Below are positions 18,652 to 28,352 of a DNA stretch of 64,000 nucleotides, piece after piece (position 1 is the stretch's first letter; the number at the start of each line of letters is the position of its first letter). The stretch spans positions 3,872,001 through 3,936,000 of the forward strand of contig AP038806.1 of assembly GCA_047150005.1 (NCBI GenBank). The letters run 5' to 3'. The translations under genes were made by a program, and so were the position numbers. The notes under the pieces are model-generated. The model worked only from the letters and a program-made list of their open reading frames with translations. It was not told the DNA's origin and ran no database searches. Source of the DNA: Nitrospira sp. (lineage in GTDB: Bacteria > Nitrospirota > Nitrospiria > Nitrospirales > Nitrospiraceae).

Positions 18652-20241
18652 TTAAAGATCGTTCCCGGCGTACGAAAGATTGAAGCTCTTGTTGATGAGT
18701 GGAAAATCGGGAATGATGTTTCCCGTCGCAGCCCATTGAATTGCCGGCCAGTTCACAAAAGACGGGTCGCGCACTTTGCACCGATGAATCCGACCTTGGT
18801 CACCCGCCATGACGAAATAGAGAATTTCTCCCCGCCAGCCTTCGACGGCTGAAACGGCCCAGTTACCTGGTACCGGAAGCTCGTTCGATTCAGCGACGAG
18901 CCCTCCCGGTGGAATCAGTCGAGCAATCTCACGGATGAGGCGCACGGATTCGTGAATCTCATCCATGCGCACCCGAAGACGCGCGCGCACATCGCCGTAC
19001 CGATACAGCGCTACCCTCACGGGCATTTCGTCATAGGCTGCAAACGGGCGATCGCGCCGTACATCCTGATCGAGTCCGGATGCCCGTCCGACAACACCGA
19101 CGACGCCATGGTCCCAGGCAATCCGTTCCGTCAGGACGCCGGTGGTTTCGAGACGATCGGTTAGGGAAGCGTTGGCCAGAATGATACCTTCAAGCTCCGA
19201 GAAATCCTGCTCAATCCGATTCAGTTCGTCGATCGTCCCATCAAATCCCCTTTGGTCTACGTCACAAGCGACCCCTCCAAGACACAGGGCCCCGCGCAGG
19301 AAGCGTGAACCGGTTAGCCGATCATTCAGCTGCATGACCTGCTCCTTCAGGCGACTGGAATGGGCGTGCGCCAGCGTATAGGCCGTGTCGTTGCATATCG
19401 CGCCCACATCGCCCAGGTGATTGTGGAGTCGTTCGAGTTCCAGAAAGAGCGAGCGCAGATAGCGGGCTCGCCGCGGCACCGTCATGTGCATGACCGTCTC
19501 CACGGCCTGGCAGTACGCGAGCCCGTGACCGACCGTAGTGTCACCTGAGATCCGTTCGGCCAGCGGCAGTGCGCCCGTCAGCATCTGTTGCTCAAACAAT
19601 TTTTCGACGCCACGATGCTTCCAAAAATGACGCACCTCAAGCTGCATGATGGGTTCGCCCGCGACGGAGAAGCGGAAATGGCCCGGTTCGATAATACCGG
19701 CGTGGATCGGACCGACCGGCACGTCAAACACGCCTTCCCCTTCGATATGGCGGAATCGATACTCGCCCGGATGCCGTCCCAATACCCGATCCCAGGGAAA
19801 GTCCTTCTTGAGCGGATGCGTTCCCTTGGGCCAATGCTCATGCCGGATCAAGCGACGCAGATCCGGATGGCCCTGTGGAATCAATCCAAACTGGTCACGA
19901 ATCTCCCGTTCATACCATTGCGCCGCATGAACCGACGGTGTGATCGACGGAAAGAGCCGCTCCCTCCTCGCCTGCTCCAGCGTCAGGAGCACCCAAGGCC
20001 GGTGCGATTCCAGCGCGAACAAGTACTGAATCTCGTGTCGGTCCACGGTTGGCGCATCGTCGACGGCGAACAGCAGGGCCACCCGCCCCCGTAGCTTGCC
20101 ATGCAGATACCTGCAGAGTGCCGGCAGGTTGGCGGAATCAATGCGATATTGCAGCATGCCTGCGCGGGCCGACGATGCCGCCGGCAACATCGGGAAGGTT
20201 TCGCGAAGCTGCTGATCGATCAATGAATCATCTCGCATCAT
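18652..20241 (-). CDS. hyfG: Hydrogenase-4/Ehr large subunit (NuoC+D-like), lacking Ni-binding cysteines
   Basis: WYEREIRD, PVGPIHAGIIEPGHFRF, ELERLHNH, VEGWRGE and KVRDPSFVNW. Confidence 0.9.
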   Translation of the reverse strand: MMRDDSLIDQQLRETFPMLPAASSARAGMLQYRIDSANLPALCRYLHGKLRGRVALLFAVDDAPTVDRHEIQYLFALESHRPWVLLTLEQARRERLFPSITPSVHAAQWYEREIRDQFGLIPQGHPDLRRLIRHEHWPKGTHPLKKDFPWDRVLGRHPGEYRFRHIEGEGVFDVPVGPIHAGIIEPGHFRFSVAGEPIMQLEVRHFWKHRGVEKLFEQQMLTGALPLAERISGDTTVGHGLAYCQAVETVMHMTVPRRARYLRSLFLELERLHNHLGDVGAICNDTAYTLAHAHSSRLKEQVMQLNDRLTGSRFLRGALCLGGVACDVDQRGFDGTIDELNRIEQDFSELEGIILANASLTDRLETTGVLTERIAWDHGVVGVVGRASGLDQDVRRDRPFAAYDEMPVRVALYRYGDVRARLRVRMDEIHESVRLIREIARLIPPGGLVAESNELPVPGNWAVSAVEGWRGEILYFVMAGDQGRIHRCKVRDPSFVNWPAIQWAATGNIIPDFPLINKSFNLSYAGNDL

Positions 20242-20253
20242 CCCCTCGTAGAG

Positions 20254-21768
20254 CTAGCCTCCGCCAAGCAATGCGGAGGCCATGTCAAGCAACTGACGGA
20301 GAGGCGAGGGCAAGACCCAGCATAGTCCTACAAGGAGCACGCCGAGAAGGACGAGCGAGAGATGTCCTGTCGACCAGGGTTCTCCCCGTGTTACTGCCGC
20401 CGGAGCGGCTCCCCAGACCATCCCGGTGATCCGGTAGAGCAGCGCGGAGAAGGCCACAAGGTTGCACAGCAGCAAGAGCAGAATGGAACCGCCTACGCCA
20501 TGGCTCCCCCACCCCCCTGGCAGCCCCGATGTACCGAGCGCGGTCACGATCTGCATCTCGCTGGCGAAGAGCGCGAAGGGCGGCAGCGCCGCCAAGGCCA
20601 GCCCCGCGACCAACAGCGCCAGCGCCGACCCGGGCATCACGCTGGCCACCCCATGTACCTCCCCGATCTCCACCGTCTTATACCGCCGGTGAATGTTGCC
20701 GGCTGCAAAGAACGCCAGCGACTTTGCGAAGGCATGATTCACCAAGTGGAACAAGCCCCCGAAGATGCCGATCGACCCGCCGACGCCGAATCCGACCATC
20801 GCCAACCCCATGTGCTCAATGCTCGAGTACGCGAGCATCCGCTTGTAGTTGTGCTGCAGAAGCAGAAACAAGGCCGCAATCGAAAAGGAGAGCAGACCAA
20901 ACAACGCCAGCAGACTGCCGGAGAACTCCGGCGAGACGGCCTGATCCACGATCCCTCGGCTTCGCAGAATAGCGTAGACGGCGACTGTTTCCAGTACGCC
21001 CGCGAGCATGGCGGCCACCGGCGCCGGCGCTTCGGCATAGGCGTCGGGCAACCAACTGTGCATCGGCACGAGACCGACCTTCGTCCCGTAGCCGACGAAG
21101 AGAAACACGAACGCAAGTTTTAGAATATGCGGATCCAGCTGCGCGGCGATCGCCTGCAACTGGGTGATGTTGAGGGCCGAACTCACGTCGCCGAGTACGT
21201 GCAGCGATGAATAGTACATCAGCACGACGCCGAACAAGGCCAGCGAAATCCCGACCGAGCAGAGAATCAGATATTTCCACCCGGCCTCCAGCGACTCACG
21301 CCGCCTCCAGAATGCGATCAAGAATGTCGTGGCCAATGTCGTCGCTTCGATGGCCACCCATTGCACGCCGAGGCTGTTGGTCACCGTCGCCAGCACCATC
21401 GCCAGCAGGAACATGTGAAACAGGAAGAAGAACAGGTTCAGACGATTCGGCGCGACGGTTCCCCTGGCCACTTGCTCATCCATGTACGAACGCATGTAGA
21501 GCGAGCACGCCAGGCCCACGATGCCGATGATGAACAGAATCATCGACGAAAGCGCGTCGATGTAGACCATCTCGTCGAATGCCGTCACCGACCCCTGCGT
21601 CAAGACGGTCCGCGCGATCAGGATTTCCGCGGCAACCAACAGGCCCATGCTGGCGAGATTCACCAGATGGAGTTGCCGGGACGTGCGAATGAGAAGACTC
21701 CAGCATCCGGCCGCGAACGGCGCGCACAGGAGCACGGCCGCGGCCATGGTCGTGATCGTGACCGTCAT
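20254..21768 (-). CDS. hyfF: Hydrogenase-4 subunit F (antiporter-like membrane subunit)
   Basis: WVAIEATTL, LEAGWKY, GYGTKVGLVPMHSWLPDA and KRMLAYSSIEHMG. Confidence 0.9.
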   Translation of the reverse strand: MTVTITTMAAAVLLCAPFAAGCWSLLIRTSRQLHLVNLASMGLLVAAEILIARTVLTQGSVTAFDEMVYIDALSSMILFIIGIVGLACSLYMRSYMDEQVARGTVAPNRLNLFFFLFHMFLLAMVLATVTNSLGVQWVAIEATTLATTFLIAFWRRRESLEAGWKYLILCSVGISLALFGVVLMYYSSLHVLGDVSSALNITQLQAIAAQLDPHILKLAFVFLFVGYGTKVGLVPMHSWLPDAYAEAPAPVAAMLAGVLETVAVYAILRSRGIVDQAVSPEFSGSLLALFGLLSFSIAALFLLLQHNYKRMLAYSSIEHMGLAMVGFGVGGSIGIFGGLFHLVNHAFAKSLAFFAAGNIHRRYKTVEIGEVHGVASVMPGSALALLVAGLALAALPPFALFASEMQIVTALGTSGLPGGWGSHGVGGSILLLLLCNLVAFSALLYRITGMVWGAAPAAVTRGEPWSTGHLSLVLLGVLLVGLCWVLPSPLRQLLDMASALLGGG

Positions 21769-22433
21769 TCTTTCAACTCGCTGAGCCGGCTGGTGTCCAC
21801 GCTGTCAAACGCGTCCTGCAGCCGGTTCGTGTAGATGCCGGCGATCAGTGCCGCGACCAGCACGTCGAAAAAGACGCCCAGTTCGACGATCAAGGGCATG
21901 CCGTAGGTGGCCGCAGTCGCACCCAAGAACAGTCCGTTTTCCATGACCAGAAAGGCAATCAACTGGGTGACGGCCTTCTGCCGCGCGATCATGGTGAAGA
22001 ACCCGATCAGGACGATGGCCAGTGCGATGGCGAGCGAGTTCCGCGTCAGCAGATGGCCGAACGAGATGATCGGCCGGGTAATGAAAAACGCGGTCATCAC
22101 CAACGCGCCGCAGATCAGCAGGCTAGCCGGGACATTGACGTTCATGACGAGCTCGCGCGTCACGTTCAACCGCTCGATCACTCGACGCAGCACGTGGGGG
22201 ATGACGAGGCCCTTCACGGCCACCGTCAACGCGGCGGCGATATAGATGTGTCGCGTCCCGGTCAGAAACGCCACCAGCGCGGCGGTCATCGCGAGAAACA
22301 TGGACTGCACGGCGAACAGATCCACGCACGCGGAAAGCCGCCGCTGGGCCACGATCGCAAAACACGTCAGCAGCAGCATGGCCGATCCGAGATCCACGAG
22401 CTGTGAGCCGACATGGGTGGTAAGCCAGGACAT
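21765..22433 (-). CDS. hyfE: Hydrogenase-4 subunit E
   Basis: Hydrophobic protein with LVMENG, GMPLIVELGVFFD and DSVDTSRLSELKE. Confidence 0.88.
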   Translation of the reverse strand: MSWLTTHVGSQLVDLGSAMLLLTCFAIVAQRRLSACVDLFAVQSMFLAMTAALVAFLTGTRHIYIAAALTVAVKGLVIPHVLRRVIERLNVTRELVMNVNVPASLLICGALVMTAFFITRPIISFGHLLTRNSLAIALAIVLIGFFTMIARQKAVTQLIAFLVMENGLFLGATAATYGMPLIVELGVFFDVLVAALIAGIYTNRLQDAFDSVDTSRLSELKE

Positions 22434-22434
22434 G

Positions 22435-23400
22435 TCAATCTTGCAGAATATAAAAGAACAAGAGTCCCAGCAGCGCCAGGATAAACGCGACGCCAAGCAG
22501 GTCGGTGACGCGGAAGAGCCTCAGCTTGGCAAACATACATTCGATCAGACCGATCAGCGCGGCCAGAACCGAAACCTTCACGACATAGACCGTGGCTCCG
22601 ATCGCCAGCGCCTGGGATGTCGGACTCGTGGCGATACCCCACGGAAAGAAGACATTGGCGATGAGCGTCAGAAACACCAGCAGTTTGATGGCCGACGCCC
22701 ATTCGAGCAGGGCTAGGTACCGACCTGAATACTCCAGAATCATGGCCTCATGAATCATGGTGAGCTCGAGATGGGTTGCCGGATTGTCGACCGGGACGCG
22801 GCCCGTTTCTGCGAGAGTCACGATGAATAGTGCCGCAAGCGCCATCAGGCGCGGCACCGGATCGCTGGCCACGCCTTCCATCAGCGCGGTTTTATGAACG
22901 ATGGTGCTCAGGTTGGTCGACCCGGCCGTTAACGCGATCGCGAAGATGGATAGGATCATCGCAGGTTCGGTCAAGGACGCGATGATCGCCTCGCGGCTGC
23001 CGCCCATGCCGCCGAAGGCCGATCCGGCGTCGAGCCCGGCCAAGATCAGAAAGAACGTGCCCAGGGCGAACAAATAGACGAGCGCGATGATATTGCCGGC
23101 AAAACTCAACGGAACCTGGGAGACGATGACCGGGACCAGCAAGCCGGCCGTCAGCGTCGAGCCGAAGACGATGTAGGGCGTCGCCGTGAAAATCCACGAG
23201 GTCGTCGTGGAAACGGCCGGCTGTTTCCTGAATAACTTGACCAGATCGAAGTAGGGCTGGAAAAGACTCGCCCCCCGGCGGCATTGGAGCCGGGCCTTCA
23301 GCTTACGAATGAGTCCGACGACGAACGGCGCCAGCATCAATAGCATCAGCGCCTGGGCGACCGAGATGGCCATGGCGGACAGGATCGCCGGGATCGGCAT
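22435..23400 (-). CDS. hyfC: Hydrogenase-4 subunit C (NuoH-like)
   Basis: KARLQCRRG..QPY.DL.KL, DAGSAFGGMGGSRE and ETGRVPVDNPATHLELTMIHEAMILEYSG. Confidence 0.92.
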   Translation of the reverse strand: MPIPAILSAMAISVAQALMLLMLAPFVVGLIRKLKARLQCRRGASLFQPYFDLVKLFRKQPAVSTTTSWIFTATPYIVFGSTLTAGLLVPVIVSQVPLSFAGNIIALVYLFALGTFFLILAGLDAGSAFGGMGGSREAIIASLTEPAMILSIFAIALTAGSTNLSTIVHKTALMEGVASDPVPRLMALAALFIVTLAETGRVPVDNPATHLELTMIHEAMILEYSGRYLALLEWASAIKLLVFLTLIANVFFPWGIATSPTSQALAIGATVYVVKVSVLAALIGLIECMFAKLRLFRVTDLLGVAFILALLGLLFFYILQD

Positions 23401-23414
23401 CTGCTTCGCTTTCG

Positions 23415-25442
23415 TTACAGGGCAATCAACAACAGCAGCACGAGCGTGACGAATATATAGGCCAGGTAGACGTGAAGACTCCCCGCCTGGATCACCCGCA
23501 ACCTGCCGGCCAGTGCGGGAATCACGGCGGCGACCGGCTGATACAGGTACGTTTCGAAGATCGGCTCGATGCGCACGGTGAAACGTCGGCTCTTGGCGAA
23601 GTATTGCGATTCGTGCAACAAATCGGTTTCGAGTTTGACGGTCGGTCGATAGATTGTGCCGAACACCCGCTTGATCGGTTGAACGAAACCCGTAGCCGTA
23701 TATTCCATTCGAGGCGAAAGTTTGAGACCGCATCCCCAGGTTCTGACGTACCGCTTTGCGTGCCAACCTCCCGCCAGCGCAGTCAGCGCCAGCGCAGCCA
23801 TGGCGGATCCCGCCAGGAGCAGCGCCAGGAGCGGTGACGAGAGGCTGGAAAACTCGGCCCCGACCGGGATCACGGTCCATCCGCCCAGGGCGAGCATCTG
23901 CGCGGCAATCGAATTCCCGATCATCGGCTGAACGGCGTGATCCAGCAACGGCACGACGACCGTCGGCGCCAGTCCCAGCAGCACGCACACGGCTGCCAGC
24001 ACGACCATGCCGGTCCGCATGGTCCAGGGCACTTCTTCGGCGCGCCGCGCATGGGAGCTGCGCGGCAGGGCCAAGAACGAAATGCCGAATGCTTTGGCGA
24101 AGCAGACCAAAGCCAGGACTCCGGTCAACGCGAGCATGGCTGCGGCAAGCGGCAGCATCAGCTTCATCAAAAGCGAGGGAACCTGCACGCTCTGGAAGAG
24201 GGTTTGAAAGACCAGCCATTCGCTGACGAAGCCGTTGGTGGGCGGCAACGCAGAAATGGACACGGCGCCGATGAGGAAACAGGCGCCGGTCCAGGGCATG
24301 CGGCGCAGCAAGCCGCCATACTCTTCCACATTGCGGGTCTGGGTGGCGGAGAGCAACGATCCGGCACCGAGAAACAACAAGGCCTTGAACAGCGCATGGT
24401 TCACAGTGTGATACAGGCCGGCCAGCAGGCCAAGCGCCGCCAGATCCTCCAGTCCATAGGCGTGAAACAACATGCCGGCTCCCACGCCCAGCAGAATGAT
24501 TCCGATGTTCTCCACGCTATGATAGGCCAGGAGCCGTTTGAGATCGTGTTCCATCAGGGCGTACATGACGCCGAGCACGGCGGAGACCGCGCCGATCGCC
24601 AGGACCATGAATCCCCACCACCAGGGAAAGTGACCGCCGAGAAAATCAAACATCACGCGCAAGAAACCGTAGATGGCCGTCTTGATCATCACGCCGGACA
24701 TAAGGGCCGAAACATGCGAGGGGGCGGCGGGATGCGCATAGGGCAACCACACGTGCAGGGGGACTATGCCCGCCTTGGTTCCGAATCCGACCAGGGCCGC
24801 CAGGAAGACCATGGTCTGCAACGCATCCGGCAACGCCTGTTCGGGATGGCGAAATGCCTCGAACGAGAACGTGCCTCCCCCCTGAAACAGCAGCAAGAAC
24901 GTCACGACGATGAACATCGTTCCGAGGTGAGTCATGACCAGATACAGAAAGCCGGCATGCCGCACGTCGGGGTCTTCGTGGTACGTGACGACGAGCAGAT
25001 AGGAGACTAAGGACATCAGTTCCCAGGCGATAAGGAACAGAAATCCGTTGTCGGCGAGGACAACGAGGGCCATCGCGCAGAGAAACGCGTTGAAAAGGGC
25101 GCCTACCACGGCCGGCGACACATACGGCGGCACATGCCGCAAATAGCCGACGGCATAGACCGCCGTGGCAACGCCGACAAGCGAGATGGTCAAGAGAAAA
25201 AACGATGCCAACGCGTCCAGGCGGACGGCAAACACCAGAAGGGGGATCGACGACGACCACGCCAGCGTCAGCGGTTCCGCCGCCGCGAGTCCGGCGGCGC
25301 CAATAACGATTCCCAGCGCCGCGGCGCCCCCCGCGCAGCCGTGAGCGAGCAGGACTTGAAGTTTCGGTCGACCCGGAATGCTGAGCGGAAGGGCGATTCC
25401 GGCGGCGTACAGTCCCAACATCGCTATCAGCAAAGTGGTCAT
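23415..25442 (-). CDS. hyfB: Hydrogenase-4 subunit B (antiporter-like)
   Basis: WELMSL, KAGIVPLHVWLPYAHPAAPSHVSALMSG, LKRLLAYHSVENIG and LPPTNGFVSEW. Confidence 0.93.
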   Translation of the reverse strand: MTTLLIAMLGLYAAGIALPLSIPGRPKLQVLLAHGCAGGAAALGIVIGAAGLAAAEPLTLAWSSSIPLLVFAVRLDALASFFLLTISLVGVATAVYAVGYLRHVPPYVSPAVVGALFNAFLCAMALVVLADNGFLFLIAWELMSLVSYLLVVTYHEDPDVRHAGFLYLVMTHLGTMFIVVTFLLLFQGGGTFSFEAFRHPEQALPDALQTMVFLAALVGFGTKAGIVPLHVWLPYAHPAAPSHVSALMSGVMIKTAIYGFLRVMFDFLGGHFPWWWGFMVLAIGAVSAVLGVMYALMEHDLKRLLAYHSVENIGIILLGVGAGMLFHAYGLEDLAALGLLAGLYHTVNHALFKALLFLGAGSLLSATQTRNVEEYGGLLRRMPWTGACFLIGAVSISALPPTNGFVSEWLVFQTLFQSVQVPSLLMKLMLPLAAAMLALTGVLALVCFAKAFGISFLALPRSSHARRAEEVPWTMRTGMVVLAAVCVLLGLAPTVVVPLLDHAVQPMIGNSIAAQMLALGGWTVIPVGAEFSSLSSPLLALLLAGSAMAALALTALAGGWHAKRYVRTWGCGLKLSPRMEYTATGFVQPIKRVFGTIYRPTVKLETDLLHESQYFAKSRRFTVRIEPIFETYLYQPVAAVIPALAGRLRVIQAGSLHVYLAYIFVTLVLLLLIAL

Positions 25443-25515
25443 CGATTGCGGGTTCCGGACGGACCCGATGTCCTTGGCGCGGGAGACGACCGATCTCGTC
25501 GCGAAGCGGCGATGA

Positions 25516-26454
25516 TCAATGTCCTTGCTTCTGGATCATCGGGTCAATTTCCTTCTTCGCTTCCTCGGTCACGCTGTACCGCACATACTCGTGATCCAAC
25601 ACCTCATTGGCGTAGAGCCGGCCGGTCGGAGCCGGTACTGCCAGCTTCACCGTTGAGGTTCCCTTGGGGTCTACGGTGACCGTCTGCTCGGTCGCGGTCC
25701 GGACATAGGGATGCCAGACCACCAGTTTGTACGTGCCGGCCGGCACATCGGTAATCGTGAAACGGCCATGATCGTCGGTCTTGGCAAAATAGGGATTGCT
25801 CACGGCAAGCCCCCAACTTTCCATGTACGCATGGAAGCCGCACTGCATCACGAAGATTCGACGGCCCTTGCTGAGTTTGACCAGTTCTTTCATCGGCGCG
25901 CCGGCTATGTGACGGTGATAGAGGGCCGCTTCGCTGCGGTCTTTGAAGTTACGCGGATGTTGGGGATTCATCGGCAGCGGCAGATTGAAGAGCACACGCG
26001 CCCCCAAGTGTGACGTTTCATAGGCCTGAATGTCGTGCATCACCGGATCCATGTTGACGACCGTCACAGACTGATCGTCACGGACGACGCTGGTAAAGGG
26101 CAGAAACCGGCAATCCCTCGCTTCGATTTGCGGGATGCCTCCCTCCTCGAAGGGCTTGCCTTGTCCGACGCCCTCCAAATAGACGACGACATCCCGAAAC
26201 TCGGCGGTCAGGCCGACGTCGAACGGCTGAAGAATCCGCCACCCCTGCCCGTCTGAGATGCGCCCGCAATAGAACGGGTCCGGCAAAGTTGTGAGATTGT
26301 AGCCCTTTGGCTTTGGAACCGCCCCATCGAGCGTCACAGTCCCTGTAATGGTTCCCCCGTCCTGAACCGTGATCGCTTCATACGAGGCCGTGGCGGGCGA
26401 AGCCAGATACGTCGTCACCGCCAGAATTATGTTGAGTGTGTACCAGTGGATCAT
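25516..26454 (-). CDS. Exported carboxypeptidase-regulatory-like/cupredoxin-like domain protein
   Basis: Signal peptide, GGTITGTV, CRFLP, NMDPVMHDIQ, CGFHAYM and DVPAGTYKLVVWHP. Confidence 0.75.
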   Translation of the reverse strand: MIHWYTLNIILAVTTYLASPATASYEAITVQDGGTITGTVTLDGAVPKPKGYNLTTLPDPFYCGRISDGQGWRILQPFDVGLTAEFRDVVVYLEGVGQGKPFEEGGIPQIEARDCRFLPFTSVVRDDQSVTVVNMDPVMHDIQAYETSHLGARVLFNLPLPMNPQHPRNFKDRSEAALYHRHIAGAPMKELVKLSKGRRIFVMQCGFHAYMESWGLAVSNPYFAKTDDHGRFTITDVPAGTYKLVVWHPYVRTATEQTVTVDPKGTSTVKLAVPAPTGRLYANEVLDHEYVRYSVTEEAKKEIDPMIQKQGH

Positions 26455-26547
26455 TGTTCCTTCCTCCTTTCACCTCAATCCGTGAAGAATCGCGTCCGCT
26501 CCGATGGATGCGATCGAGAATGCTCCTCTCAACCTGCCGGCACATGC

Positions 26548-26784
26548 TCATAACGGAGACTGCAACGGACGTCCCGTTTTCGCCAGACAGCGGGCGATCC
26601 CTTCACGTGCCTGAAGACTATTGGGGTCGGCAGCCAGCACCGTCTTCCAATGGATGAGCGCGTCCTCATGCTGATTCAAGCGCTCGAGCAATGAGGCGAG
26701 TTCGCAGCGCGTGCTCCCATCCGTCGGGCAGGCGGTCAGGGTTTGTTGCAATACCGAAAGTCGATTGATCCATTCGGTCGACAT
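26548..26784 (-). CDS. Small TPR protein
   Basis: PTDGSTRCELASLLERLNQHEDALIHWKTVLAADPNSLQAREGIARC. The start at 26784 lies downstream of the sigma-54 promoter. Confidence 0.75.
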   Translation of the reverse strand: MSTEWINRLSVLQQTLTACPTDGSTRCELASLLERLNQHEDALIHWKTVLAADPNSLQAREGIARCLAKTGRPLQSPL

Positions 26785-26816
26785 GAGATTCCACACGACT
26801 CGTTTCCACATCGCAG

Positions 26817-26832
26817 TGCAGGGATGATGCCG
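26817..26832 (-). promoter_or_regulatory. Sigma-54 promoter of the TPR-cupredoxin-hyf operon
   Basis: CGGCATCATCCCTGCA, i.e. GG-N10-GC. Confidence 0.65.
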
Positions 26833-26903
26833 GAAATAGAGGAAGTCGAAAGGCAGGAAACTGCGAAAAAGGCGGTCCCTAAAACAGGCTGCGCGGGTGG
26901 TTC

Positions 26904-26959
26904 CTGCAAGAATTGCAGATTCTTCCACTTCCAAGGGAATCGGCCTGCAAAATTTGCAG
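26904..26959. promoter_or_regulatory. Pair of palindromic enhancer (UAS) boxes
   Basis: CTGCAAGAATTGCAG (26904-26918) and CTGCAAAATTTGCAG (26945-26959), centres 41 bp apart. Confidence 0.65.
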
Positions 26960-26996
26960 ACCGATTGGACCCGTCACCCTCTTCGCGCCGCGCACC

Positions 26997-28352
26997 TTAC
27001 TCACGGATGCCGTAGTCCTTGATCTTATACTGAAGCGCGCGGAGGCTGATTCCCAGAAGCTTGGCGGCCTTCTCACGGTGATTGACGACTTCGGCCAAGG
27101 TTCGGCGGATGACTTCCCGTTCGATGTCCTCGAGCGAGGTGCCCAGCGTCACGACCATGGTCCTCGTATCTTCCCGGCTGACCTGAATCTCCTCCGGCAA
27201 GTGCTCCGGCCGGATCACCGGATCCTTGACCGTAATGACCAGCCGTTCCATCAAATTTCTCAATTGACGGATGTTACCGGGCCACGCATAGAGCCTCATC
27301 AACCGCATCGCGTCACGGGAAATCTCTTTGATCTCCCGGTGGTGCTGCGCGGAGAACTCCCGAAGAAAGCGCTCAGCCAGAAGCGGGATATCGTCGCCGC
27401 GTTCGCGAAGCGGAGGCAGACGGATCGGAACGACGTTCAGGCGGTAGTACAAGTCTTCCCGAAAGTCGCCTAGCTTGACGGCTTCTTCCAGATTTCGGTT
27501 CGTGGCCGCGACGATGCGGGCGTCGACCGTAATCACCTTCGTGCCGCCCAGCCGCCGGAATTCCTTCGTCTCCAGCACACGAAGAAAATCGACCTGCGAC
27601 TTCAGCGACAACTCCCCCACCTCATCGAGCAGGAGGGTGCCGCCGTCCGCCAATTCGAAGCGCCCGACCTTCGTCGCCGTCGCGCCGGTGAAGGCGCCTT
27701 TTTCAAAACCAAAGAGCTCGCTTTCGAATAGATTTTCCGGAAGCGCCCCGCAGTTCAACGTCACGAAGGGTCCGGATCTGGCGCTTTTGTGATGGATGGC
27801 CCTGGCCACCAGCTCCTTGCCGGTGCCGCTCTCTCCCGTCAACAGGACGGTCACGCCGCTGTCGGCGACCATCTCGACCAGGCTGTATACGCGCTGCAAG
27901 GGCTCACTTTCGCCGGCCATCTGATCGAAGCGCACCCTGGTTTCGAGACGGTCCCGCAACTGCTTGTTCTCGCTCGCCAGAGCCCGTCGCTCCAAGGCCT
28001 TGGCGACGACCAGCGGGAACCGCTCGCGGTCGATGGGCTTCGTCAGGTAGTCGTAGGCTCCAGCCCGCATCGCTTCCACCGCCGTATCGATGGAACCGTA
28101 AGCGGTCATGACCACAACTTCGGTGTCCGGCCGCGAAGCCTTCAAGCGGCGGATGAATTCGATGCCTCCCATGCCCGGCATTTTCAGATCGGTAATGGCC
28201 AATTCCGCGCCCTGACGGGTCAGCTCCTCCAAGGCCTCTTCCCCCGCCGCCGCCCCGCGGACGTCATACCCCAGCTTCGAGAGAACGGTCACCAGCGCAC
28301 TACGAATGTTGACCTCGTCATCCACCACCATGATTCGCGCACGATCGGTCAT
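26997..28352 (-). CDS. Sigma-54-dependent response regulator (NtrC/AtoC family)
   Basis: Receiver domain (VVDDE, TDLKMPG), GESGTGKE, GAFTGA, LDEVGE, WPGNIRQL and a C-terminal Fis-type HTH. Confidence 0.95.
   Translation of the reverse strand: MTDRARIMVVDDEVNIRSALVTVLSKLGYDVRGAAAGEEALEELTRQGAELAITDLKMPGMGGIEFIRRLKASRPDTEVVVMTAYGSIDTAVEAMRAGAYDYLTKPIDRERFPLVVAKALERRALASENKQLRDRLETRVRFDQMAGESEPLQRVYSLVEMVADSGVTVLLTGESGTGKELVARAIHHKSARSGPFVTLNCGALPENLFESELFGFEKGAFTGATATKVGRFELADGGTLLLDEVGELSLKSQVDFLRVLETKEFRRLGGTKVITVDARIVAATNRNLEEAVKLGDFREDLYYRLNVVPIRLPPLRERGDDIPLLAERFLREFSAQHHREIKEISRDAMRLMRLYAWPGNIRQLRNLMERLVITVKDPVIRPEHLPEEIQVSREDTRTMVVTLGTSLEDIEREVIRRTLAEVVNHREKAAKLLGISLRALQYKIKDYGIRE

Noticed and set aside
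18652..20241. Functional H2-evolving hydrogenase or formate hydrogenlyase
   Set aside because: Both Ni-binding CxxC motifs are absent, and there are no hyp or fdh genes in the window.
22435..24219. 594-aa ORF suggesting a fusion or frameshift between hyfB and hyfC
   Set aside because: The upstream part is an off-frame read of intact hyfB; HyfC homology starts at 23400.
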